Source: an uncultured virus (IMG/VR IMGVR_UViG_3300002220_000771)
Taxonomy: Duplodnaviria; Heunggongvirae; Uroviricota; Caudoviricetes
Length of the DNA: 64,000 bases
Virus record (IMG/VR): IMGVR_UViG_3300002220_000771
Direction: 5' to 3' (one strand)
Shown: in pieces, positions 20,881 through 28,463 of the stretch
Position numbering within the stretch: position 1 is the first letter of the stretch
Layout: every line of letters begins with the position of its first letter
The notes under the pieces: generated by a model
Database searches by the model: none
The model's input: the letters and a program-made list of their open reading frames with translations, nothing else
Told to the model about the DNA's origin: nothing
Position numbers and translations under genes: made by a program

Positions 20881-21015
20881 AGTAATGAGGAAAAGTCGAA
20901 AACAGAAATTTTAATTGCTCACCATGAGCTTCCTGCATTTCCACAGGAATATTGGAATCGAACCAATACCATTTCGTTTCAAGCGAAGTAACCGTTTTCT
21001 GTCGCCATCATTACT
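20881..21015 (-). ncRNA. tRNA-mimic RNA (Y-RNA-like candidate)
   Basis: Terminal helix AGTAATGA/TCATTACT; internal anticodon-like arm and T-arm ATTGG-TTCGATT-CCAAT; no acceptor CCA. Confidence 0.55.
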
Positions 21016-21020
21016 ATGTA

Positions 21021-21097
21021 TGGTCAGGATGGCTGGAATTGCACCAGCGGCCTTACGGGCCCAAACCGTATGCTCTCCTTAGCTGAGCTACATCCTG
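21021..21097 (-). tRNA. tRNA-Pro(TGG)
   Basis: Cloverleaf, CCA. Confidence 0.95.
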
Positions 21098-21105
21098 TTA
21101 TGTTT

Positions 21106-21182
21106 TGGCTGGCCTGGGAGGTTACGATCCTCCATATTCTTGGGTCAAAGCCAAGCGGGTTTACCAATTCCCCTACAAGCCA
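21106..21182 (-). tRNA. tRNA-Gln(TTG)
   Basis: Cloverleaf, GCCA. Confidence 0.95.
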
Positions 21183-21190
21183 ATATTTTA

Positions 21191-21265
21191 TGGTAGCCGG
21201 AGGAAGATTTGAACTTCCGTAGGACGATTATAAGTCGTCTATTCTATCCATTGAATTACCCGGCC
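21191..21265 (-). tRNA. tRNA-Ile(TAT)
   Basis: Cloverleaf; anticodon arm GACGA-CTTATAA-TCGTC; overlaps the HNH stop codon. Confidence 0.9.
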
Positions 21266-21804
21266 AATAAATTTCTTAATTCTTGATTACCACCATAATA
21301 AATTTTTGCTTGTTCATACATATTATTCCAATATTTTTCTGAATGTTTTATTCTATGACAATTAGAACATAACAATATACATTTATCAACTTCTTTTTTC
21401 ATTGATTCCCAACTTTTTATCCCATCACCTATTCCAAATTCTTTTTGATTTGGATCTGTATGATGAAATTCCATAACTGATATATTGCCTTCATTGCCTT
21501 CATATCCACAATTTTCACATTTACTTCCTTTATATTTTATAAGAGCTATTCTATATCTCAATCTATTAAGTTTTTGATGACAATATTGACAATAATAATC
21601 ACCATTATTTGTTTGCCTTTTACAAGAAACACATTCTATATTTTTTTCTCCTCCCGGTTCTCTGCCCCATCTTTTTTTATGTGTTTTCAAATCATATTTC
21701 TTCAACCAATGTCTAATTGAACCAAGTGACTTACTTGTAATTTTTGCAATATCTCTTATCGAATTACCTTCTTTTATATATTTTTCTAATATATCTCGTT
21801 CCAT
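21256..21804 (-). CDS. HNH homing endonuclease with N-terminal HTH
   Basis: CENCG..EFHH.DP..K..C.LLCSNCHR..H. Confidence 0.9.
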   Translation of the reverse strand: MERDILEKYIKEGNSIRDIAKITSKSLGSIRHWLKKYDLKTHKKRWGREPGGEKNIECVSCKRQTNNGDYYCQYCHQKLNRLRYRIALIKYKGSKCENCGYEGNEGNISVMEFHHTDPNQKEFGIGDGIKSWESMKKEVDKCILLCSNCHRIKHSEKYWNNMYEQAKIYYGGNQELRNLLAG

Positions 21805-21872
21805 GTTATATAAACTCCTATATTTTATAGTTATTTATATAATCTTAGCACAAATGTAAACTTATTTTTTTA

Positions 21873-21892
21873 TACCATTGAGCTACAGGACC
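21873..21892 (-). pseudogene. 5' tRNA remnant (probably Ile)
   Basis: GGTCCTGTAGCTCAATGGTA, then an abrupt AT-rich break. Confidence 0.7.
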
Positions 21893-21903
21893 ATTTCTTT
21901 TTA

Positions 21904-21979
21904 TGGTGCCGTGTCCCTGAATCGAACAGGATTCCGTGGTTCTTCAGACCACTGCAATCACCAGACTTGCTCACACGGC
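21904..21979 (-). tRNA. tRNA-Phe(GAA)
   Basis: Cloverleaf, CCA. Confidence 0.95.
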
Positions 21980-21987
21980 GTATGTTT

Positions 21988-22074
21988 TGGTGACGATGCT
22001 CGGAATCGAACCAAGTTGACCACAAAGGTGTATGATCTACAGTCATACCGGTCTCCATAGCCGTCTACATCGCC
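21988..22074 (-). tRNA. tRNA-Tyr(GTA)
   Basis: Cloverleaf, variable arm, CCA. Confidence 0.9.
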
Positions 22075-22091
22075 AAATATTCATATAAAAT

Positions 22092-22133
22092 AAAAAACCG
22101 CTTATCTCTTTTTACGGGGATAAGCGGTTTTTT
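22092..22133 (-). terminator. Attenuator terminator upstream of the tRNA array
   Basis: AACCGCTTATC-loop-GATAAGCGGTT plus T run. Confidence 0.9.
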
Positions 22134-22154
22134 GTCTTTTATGAATTACTATGC

Positions 22155-22247
22155 TTATTTTACTATATCCCCCTGTGCAGACCTATATTGATAGCCAAAT
22201 AACGGCCTGAGCGATATTTTGAATTGTGGTTTCTGTTTTAAGTTCAT
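22155..22247 (-). CDS. Leader peptide MNLKQKPQFKISLRPLFGYQYRSAQGDIVK (putative attenuator)
   Basis: GAGG RBS; lies between the promoter (TTGACA 22305-22300) and the terminator. Confidence 0.75.
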   Translation of the reverse strand: MNLKQKPQFKISLRPLFGYQYRSAQGDIVK

Positions 22248-22319
22248 TTCTATCTTCCTCTATGTTCTATTTATATAATTTATCATAAAATATTCAATTT
22301 GTCAAGTAAATAATTTAAA

Positions 22320-22565
22320 TTATTTTTCAGTTGTCCATACATCTTCTACATAAGGTTCTGTTTCTGTTTTTACATATGTATCAATTATATTTTGAATTTC
22401 ATATAAATATAATGCGGCACCATACGCATTACGCACATCTACTGGCATCTTTTTAAAAATAACTTCTGTAGTATATTTCTTTCTTTCTTCTAATGATAAA
22501 AACCACCATACAATTTTATTCCAAATTGAAAAGTAGTCTCTAAATCCCTTTTGTTTTGAAGACAT
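22320..22565 (-). CDS. Hypothetical protein
   Basis: ORF. Confidence 0.6.
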   Translation of the reverse strand: MSSKQKGFRDYFSIWNKIVWWFLSLEERKKYTTEVIFKKMPVDVRNAYGAALYLYEIQNIIDTYVKTETEPYVEDVWTTEK

Positions 22566-22769
22566 ATAAATTCTTTCTTTTTATTATTTATAAAATTTTT
22601 TCATTTACATAATTCCATACATCTTTACCATATAGTGTAGTCATTGTTGTTTCAAAAATATAATGTTCATAATCGTCATCTACATAACCATTTTCACAAT
22701 CATTTATATAGGATTCGCATAAATCTATTAATTCTTCTAATTTAATATTTTTTAATATTTTTGGTCTTT

Positions 22770-23309
22770 TCATAACATTTTTCCTTTTAACAGATTGGGG
22801 TGATCGCCGGAGCTTGAATCCGGTTTTTGGAGGCCTTTACAAGATGTATCTGTTTGTGAATGACAATTTGGACACAAAAATCTTATATTCTCTATTCTAT
22901 TATCATTACTTTTTCCGTTTATATGGTCTAATTCTAGTGTCATTTTCTTATTATTCCAAATACCTGTGTTTCCACATATTGAACACTTATATTCTAATAT
23001 TCCCTCTTTTATCAATCGTTTTTTTAGATGAAATCTACTAAAATGTGACTCTTCTACTAATATTTCAGCAATCGGTTTAGGTTTATTTATTTGAAGATTT
23101 TTACCTTTATTATGACCCGACCCTAGCTGAATATGACTGTAATCTATGTTATCTTCGTTCAATCTATTCTTCAAAATAAAAAAACTGCCGCCTTTTGTTG
23201 ACTTACCTATTTTAGTAGCAATTTCTTTTAAAGAAGATGATGATTTTACAATCTCTACCAATTCATCTTTTGGTGTAGTCCAGAATACACTCGTTCTTTT
23301 TCTTGCCAT
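22770..23309 (-). CDS. HNH homing endonuclease
   Basis: CSICG..LELDHING..NDNRIEN.RFLCPNCHSQT. Confidence 0.92.
   Translation of the reverse strand: MARKRTSVFWTTPKDELVEIVKSSSSLKEIATKIGKSTKGGSFFILKNRLNEDNIDYSHIQLGSGHNKGKNLQINKPKPIAEILVEESHFSRFHLKKRLIKEGILEYKCSICGNTGIWNNKKMTLELDHINGKSNDNRIENIRFLCPNCHSQTDTSCKGLQKPDSSSGDHPNLLKGKML
22796..22824 (-). pseudogene. 3' tRNA remnant (His-like) inside the HNH 3' end
   Basis: T-arm CCGGA-TTCAAGC-TCCGG then CGATCAC-C-CCA. Confidence 0.7.
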
Positions 23310-23383
23310 TTTATACCCTCCTAAATAGTATTATGTTCGTATGTTGTTATTTATATAATACTATTAAAAAGAGTATGCATTTT

Positions 23384-23459
23384 TGGGGTGTCCAGAGGAA
23401 GTCGAATCCTCTCTACGAAGGCCACAACTTCGTGTGCAAAACCGTTACACTTTGGACAC
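23384..23459 (-). tRNA. tRNA-His(GTG)
   Basis: Cloverleaf, C73 plus CCA; position -1 is T, not G. Confidence 0.92.
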
Positions 23460-23517
23460 AAAAATATTTAAGATATTTTTATCTTAAATATTTTTTTATC
23501 CAAAACAACTCCACGTA

Positions 23518-23790
23518 ATACCCATATACCACGACCACACTCTGATATCATCGGAGCAAACTCTACAATGATACGCTGTATTTGATGTCTAAGGTTTTAA
23601 TTCGTTTTACATATCGCTTCTATGGGATATAACCATCTATAATATATCGTCATACATTATAGTGACATCATATGCTGTATTTCCAATAGGAAAGGAATTG
23701 AACCTTTCTCCTCATATGACTTTATCGGTTACTAAAACTGGCTCATGTTCGTTTACCGTAAAGGAGCCTCATATAAGTACACACCAGTCT
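23518..23790 (-). ncRNA. Candidate multibranch ncRNA within the tRNA array
   Basis: Closing helix 23770-23780/23518-23528; several hairpins including a T-loop-like one; no sense ORF. Confidence 0.55.
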
Positions 23791-23796
23791 ATTTTT

Positions 23797-23870
23797 TGGC
23801 GGGCCTTGAAGGATTTGAACCCTCAATACTTGTTCTGGAGACAAGCGTGTTTCCGTTACACTAAAGACCC
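23797..23870 (-). tRNA. tRNA-Trp(CCA)
   Basis: Cloverleaf, GCCA. Confidence 0.95.
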
Positions 23871-23877
23871 AATTTTT

Positions 23878-24087
23878 CTATTTACGAGATTTTTTCAAAG
23901 CTTTTTTAGCCAGTATTTTTACAATACGTGCGTGTTTTTTGGCCTTGTTGATTTCTCTGCGACCTGCTGCACGATAACGAGCGCATTTGGTAAGATTTCT
24001 ACCATATTTTTTTGCGCCGGAACCCTTTTCTCTTCTCTTTTTCTTCCCACCTAATGAAGAGAGAACTTCTCGGACTGTTTTTCCCAT
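23878..24087 (-). CDS. Small very basic protein within the tRNA array
   Basis: Perfect AAGGAGGT RBS; K/R-rich. Confidence 0.8.
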   Translation of the reverse strand: MGKTVREVLSSLGGKKKRREKGSGAKKYGRNLTKCARYRAAGRREINKAKKHARIVKILAKKALKKSRK

Positions 24088-24170
24088 GATTTATCACCTC
24101 CTTATGTGTGTTTTGTCATGGGAAAACCTCCTTCAACAATATAATTCATAAAAATCTCCTTTTTATTTTA

Positions 24171-24244
24171 TGGTGGCTCTTACAGGTAATGATCCTGTTT
24201 CTATCGGTTATCGGCCGATTGCTCTACCTTTGAGCTAAAGAGCC
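24171..24244 (-). tRNA. tRNA-Ile(GAT)
   Basis: Cloverleaf, CCA. Confidence 0.92.
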
Positions 24245-24253
24245 ATTATGTTT

Positions 24254-24299
24254 TGGCTGCGGTAGCAGGATTCGAACCTGCAGTTAGATCTCCTTAACA
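24254..24299 (-). pseudogene. 3' half of a tRNA-Asn(GTT)
   Basis: Starts in the anticodon loop (TGTTAA); canonical T-arm and GCCA; 5' half absent. Confidence 0.85.
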
Positions 24300-24322
24300 T
24301 TTACATTACATCATTTATATTT

Positions 24323-24400
24323 TGGCTGTAGGAGTGGGGAACGATCCCACCTATTTCGGATTAACAGTCCGACCCGCCGCACCAAGCCCGGTGTCCTACA
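24323..24400 (-). tRNA. tRNA-Asn(GTT), divergent
   Basis: Cloverleaf, GCCA. Confidence 0.88.
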
Positions 24401-24445
24401 ATATCTTTTATGTATTTAACTTTTATTTTAAAAATATTCTTTTTC

Positions 24446-24517
24446 TGGTAGCGAGTCACAGTAACGATCTGTGCTATGGATAGTTATGAGCCATCCTTGG
24501 TCCCATGACCCCTCGCC
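24446..24517 (-). tRNA. tRNA-Met(CAT), elongator-like
   Basis: Cloverleaf with short D-loop. Confidence 0.8.
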
Positions 24518-24532
24518 ATATTTATTTTCAGT

Positions 24533-24654
24533 TGGTGGGGTGAGTATCTTATCGGTACAGAATTAATCTACTTTTTCACTCCATTATCTTATCCTACCTT
24601 CGTATATTACGTAATTCAAAAGGCTACTTTAGATAACTTCCCCGAAAACACCAC
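24533..24654 (-). ncRNA. CCA-terminated rod-like RNA candidate
   Basis: Spaced like a tRNA, ends ACCA, imperfect long terminal helix, no cloverleaf. Confidence 0.45.
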
Positions 24655-24660
24655 ATATTT

Positions 24661-24737
24661 TGGTAGCGGGTGGAGTTACCGCCACTCCTGATATCTACCT
24701 TATGAGAGTAGTGAGACACTTTTTCTCTATTCCCGCG
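24661..24737 (-). tRNA. tRNA-Met(CAT), initiator-like acceptor stem
   Basis: CGCGGG start with a 1:72 mismatch; lacks the GGG/CCC anticodon stem; odd T-loop. Confidence 0.75.
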
Positions 24738-24745
24738 ATATATTT

Positions 24746-24821
24746 TGGAGTGTCCGATGGGACTTGAACCCACATAAACCTATTTTGCAGACAGGCGCCT
24801 CTCCATTTCGGCAACGGACAC
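24746..24821 (-). tRNA. tRNA-Cys(GCA)
   Basis: Cloverleaf, U73, CCA. Confidence 0.95.
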
Positions 24822-24874
24822 TTACTTTCTATTATGTTTTATTTATATAATATTACCATATTTATTTTTATTTG

Positions 24875-26005
24875 TCAAGATATTTTTTTATTAATTTCTG
24901 GATATGGTGTTCTACTGATTAGAATTTCTTTACATCCTGTAACTTCTTTAATTTTCTCAATAAAATCATTTTCATTACCAAAATTTAAAATATTACCATT
25001 ATATGTAAGAGTATAACTGTTGAGTAAATCCAAGCATGTTATTGCTAATATAAAGTTATGATTTTTTATATACCCATCTTTATTTATAGCATATTTTATC
25101 AAATCTAAATCTAATATGGTTTTTCTAAATTCTCCTTGAATACCTGTATCAAAATTCTCCTCATATGGATTATTTTTTATATCATTTGGTATGTGCTCGT
25201 TAGTCATTGGGCCATTACCATGTCTTGTCTGATAAGCCCTTGTAACTAATATTATTTCAGGACTCTCTGTAAGTTCTAATATATTTTTTGTTCCAGTATT
25301 GGCCCTTGTAACATGAGGGAAAAATCCAAAATTTTGATCTAAAAGTAATCCTTGTGATCCTTCATAAATGTAATTATCATAAGTAAATTTATTATCGTTA
25401 TTCAGGAAATTATTTACAATTTTTATATTATCTATTTCTAATAAATGCTCACAAATATAAATGAAATCATTATGTATTGTATTATCTATTGTGATCCTTT
25501 TATTTTCATAATATTTTCGTATACAATTTAATTTTATTTTTAATATTGATGAGTGTAACAAATCAAATGCTGTTAAAGAATAATGATCTTCTTCTCGTTG
25601 AATTGTTTGACCTACACCAACTCCACAACTACCATGCTCTGTTTTAAAATCCAAAATTCTATTATAAATTTTTTCATATGGTGTTGTAATTGGACATTTA
25701 TCATCTATAATTAATTTAGGTATGGTATGGATTTTTCCTTCCAATACTGTTAATTCATTTATGATACCTACTGGATCAACTGTGCAGAATTTAGACCAGT
25801 ATGTGTCGCAACCATGAAGTGTTCCACTACCAAAATTAGAAAATACATGATCAATACCATTTTTTAAAACAACGTGGTGGCCAGCTTGTTGGCCACCACA
25901 AAATCGTATTATTAAATTTTTAGATGAATATGTAGATAAATAGCTTACAATTTTACCTTTACCTTCATCACCAAAACCACATCCTACAACTGCGACATGT
26001 TTCAT
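24875..26005 (-). CDS. purA: Adenylosuccinate synthetase-like protein
   Basis: GFGDEGKG, GGQQAGH, GSCGVG, EGSQG.LLD, TRAYQTRHGNGP. Confidence 0.85.
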   Translation of the reverse strand: MKHVAVVGCGFGDEGKGKIVSYLSTYSSKNLIIRFCGGQQAGHHVVLKNGIDHVFSNFGSGTLHGCDTYWSKFCTVDPVGIINELTVLEGKIHTIPKLIIDDKCPITTPYEKIYNRILDFKTEHGSCGVGVGQTIQREEDHYSLTAFDLLHSSILKIKLNCIRKYYENKRITIDNTIHNDFIYICEHLLEIDNIKIVNNFLNNDNKFTYDNYIYEGSQGLLLDQNFGFFPHVTRANTGTKNILELTESPEIILVTRAYQTRHGNGPMTNEHIPNDIKNNPYEENFDTGIQGEFRKTILDLDLIKYAINKDGYIKNHNFILAITCLDLLNSYTLTYNGNILNFGNENDFIEKIKEVTGCKEILISRTPYPEINKKIS

Positions 26006-26847
26006 AGCATCATCTCTTCTAATTCCTTGTTAAGTTTAATTGGCTTATTAATGGTATTTTTACATACGATATCAGAAATAATCTTAGATACATCTGTTTT
26101 TCTTTCAGCGACTATTAAGTTATCATGTAATAATTGTTTCCATCCATCAATGACTCTTTGACGACTTCCAGAAGCAGTTTCCTTAATATGGATATGATAA
26201 ACATTATATTTTTCAGATGCTTTTACTAATAAATCAGTTGCAGAAAAATCAGAATATTGACCTTCACCCATTAATTTCTCTAAAACTCTTTTTGGAACAG
26301 AGGGAAGAACGGGTTCATCACCTATAGTAAAAAGAAATCCTTTTTCTCCTCTTTTTTCAAAACAATCAATTTCTGTATGATAACCTGCGAAGTACCATGC
26401 TAACAAATAACTTTCACCATCATTACCGCCACCACATCCTTCAAGATAAATATCAGTTAGCCACTTATCAAGCAATTCATCACTTGATTCAAATTGCCCT
26501 ACTTGTAATGGCGAATTATCACATTCATGATCTCCAATTCCTAAAAATAAAACTTGTGGATCAGCAATACCATTTTTTATGATTGTATCCATAATAGATG
26601 GTAAACCTTCTTTAACAAGATAATGAGGAACTGAACCCATAGAGCCCGTTTCATCAAGAGCTATAATAATAGCTAATGAATTTGGATGTTCAGCAGAGTC
26701 TCTTGATTCTCTAATTCTTACACCAAATGGATTCATAGAACTATTAATATTTTTAGATCTAAAAATCTCAGAAGTCGAACCAGTAAAATATCCGGCAGTG
26801 GTTGCTCTAACATTTCTAGCGATAGAAGAATAACTTCCACTTCCCAT
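26002..26847 (-). CDS. vWA-like (MIDAS) protein
   Basis: DETGSMG, GIGD, GGGNDGESY, TIGDE. Confidence 0.8.
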   Translation of the reverse strand: MGSGSYSSIARNVRATTAGYFTGSTSEIFRSKNINSSMNPFGVRIRESRDSAEHPNSLAIIIALDETGSMGSVPHYLVKEGLPSIMDTIIKNGIADPQVLFLGIGDHECDNSPLQVGQFESSDELLDKWLTDIYLEGCGGGNDGESYLLAWYFAGYHTEIDCFEKRGEKGFLFTIGDEPVLPSVPKRVLEKLMGEGQYSDFSATDLLVKASEKYNVYHIHIKETASGSRQRVIDGWKQLLHDNLIVAERKTDVSKIISDIVCKNTINKPIKLNKELEEMML

Positions 26848-26848
26848 G

Positions 26849-27190
26849 TTATATACCCTCCCCAAATAAGTAGTTGTATCTTCTCTGCGCAATCTCTAAT
26901 TTAATAGATTCGTTACGAATTTTGACACCTAGATCAACATCTTTCTTTACATATTCAACGGGATCAAAATCGCTTGCAAGAGTAAGATTCATTGCGTTTG
27001 TAGGGGATAAATCGAGCATATTTTCCAAATCTCGCTCCATTCTTTTGATGGCCACCTGTAAATCTTCAATCTGTCTCTTATAAAGAAGCTGGGTGTCTTC
27101 TGCAATGGCGGTTGCACGATCATCACGAATTTGTTTATTATTTCTTTTTAAAGAAGTAATAAAAGCACCTCTATTTTCTACATTTTCCAT
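26849..27190 (-). CDS. Coiled-coil hypothetical protein, first gene of the vWA-PurA trio
   Basis: ORF with AAGGAG RBS and promoter. Confidence 0.8.
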   Translation of the reverse strand: MENVENRGAFITSLKRNNKQIRDDRATAIAEDTQLLYKRQIEDLQVAIKRMERDLENMLDLSPTNAMNLTLASDFDPVEYVKKDVDLGVKIRNESIKLEIAQRRYNYLFGEGI

Positions 27191-27426
27191 AACATTTTCT
27201 CCTTTTGTTATTTTTAATTATTATACAACATTTTTAGTTATTTGTCAAGTTTTTTGTAAATAATATATTTCCATTTATATGCCCATTATTATCAACTATT
27301 GGATCTCTATACCAACATTTTTCTATTTTATCTATTACTAAACAGGTTCTTTTAAAGATCCAGAATTTTTTTTTCATGTACGGACTATTACATTTACAAT
27401 TAGATTCTATATGTTTGCAATTTATT

Positions 27427-27783
27427 CTATATTTCATTTTGTATTATTTCCTCATTATCATCTATATTTTCATAACACATTTTTACACGATCCCATAAAA
27501 GTGAAAACTTAAATCCCCATTCATCTGCTGTCTTTGATACACCGACATCTGGATGATTTTCTGGATATGTTAAAGTGTATTTATGTTCATTATTTAGTTC
27601 AATATCTCCTTTTCCTAAAAATAAACAATATCCTGAATTATATTCATCAAATTTTTCATTGTCTATTTGGCATCTGTGTCTCCAAAATGGGCATGGAATT
27701 ATTTTATATCCTTGTCTACCATCATCAAGTTTACCGTCATATGTATAACAGTAATCACCAGAGGGTATTATACTTGCATCCAT
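27427..27783 (-). CDS. Cys-rich hypothetical phage protein
   Basis: IP.G.YCY..CP.W..GYC..L..LLWD.VK.C. Confidence 0.7.
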   Translation of the reverse strand: MDASIIPSGDYCYTYDGKLDDGRQGYKIIPCPFWRHRCQIDNEKFDEYNSGYCLFLGKGDIELNNEHKYTLTYPENHPDVGVSKTADEWGFKFSLLWDRVKMCYENIDDNEEIIQNEI

Positions 27784-27927
27784 TATTTTATTCTACCTCT
27801 TTTTTCCAATTTTTTTCACGTTTATAAGGTGAACCTTTACCTTTCTTAGCATCTTTTATTCTATTAGTTCTAAGTGGTATAGGAATTCTTCTTTTTATTG
27901 GATTTTCAAATTCTTCATATATCTTTT

Positions 27928-28200
27928 TCATATTTTTAATATTTTCTTAATTTCTTCATCAAATAAACTAATTTCATAACAATGATCTTTATTAACACAG
28001 CACTTTTCTGTAGGACCAGATATTATCAGATATACATCGTCATTATCAATAATTTTTTTAACTTCCAATATACCTAAAAAATCAGAATTATATGCACGTG
28101 AAGAATTTGGACGAGAACATATTGATGGAAATGATACCCATTCTCCAGTTGATCGTATAATAGCTTCTTCAATTCTTGGTAATAATCTTATCTTTTTCAT
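27928..28200 (-). CDS. Hypothetical protein, tandem duplicate
   Basis: Near-identical N-terminus to 28197..28463. Confidence 0.85.
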   Translation of the reverse strand: MKKIRLLPRIEEAIIRSTGEWVSFPSICSRPNSSRAYNSDFLGILEVKKIIDNDDVYLIISGPTEKCCVNKDHCYEISLFDEEIKKILKI

Positions 28201-28463
28201 ATTTTCAATATTTTCTTTATATCATCTTCAAATAAAGTTACTTCATAACAATGATCTTTATTAACAGTACAACCTCTTACAGGACCCGATAATATAAAGT
28301 ATTTATAATTATAATGTTTATCATTTTTAACTTCTAATATACCTAAAAAATCAGAATTATATGATTCTGATCCTACAATAGAATGGATCGATGGAAACGA
28401 TACCCATTCTCCAGTTGATCGTATAATAGCCTCTTCAATTCTTGGTAATAATCTTATTTTCAT
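28197..28463 (-). CDS. Hypothetical protein, tandem duplicate
   Basis: KIRLLPRIEEAIIRSTGEWVSFPSI shared. Confidence 0.85.
   Translation of the reverse strand: MKIRLLPRIEEAIIRSTGEWVSFPSIHSIVGSESYNSDFLGILEVKNDKHYNYKYFILSGPVRGCTVNKDHCYEVTLFEDDIKKILKI

Noticed and set aside
20588..22060. ORFs 20588, 20731, 21016, 21870, 21878
   Set aside because: They overlap tRNA genes; spurious.
24875..26005. PurZ / Z-genome pathway
   Set aside because: Motif is GDEGKG (PurA-type Asp), not the PurZ Ser variant; no DatZ-like gene adjacent.
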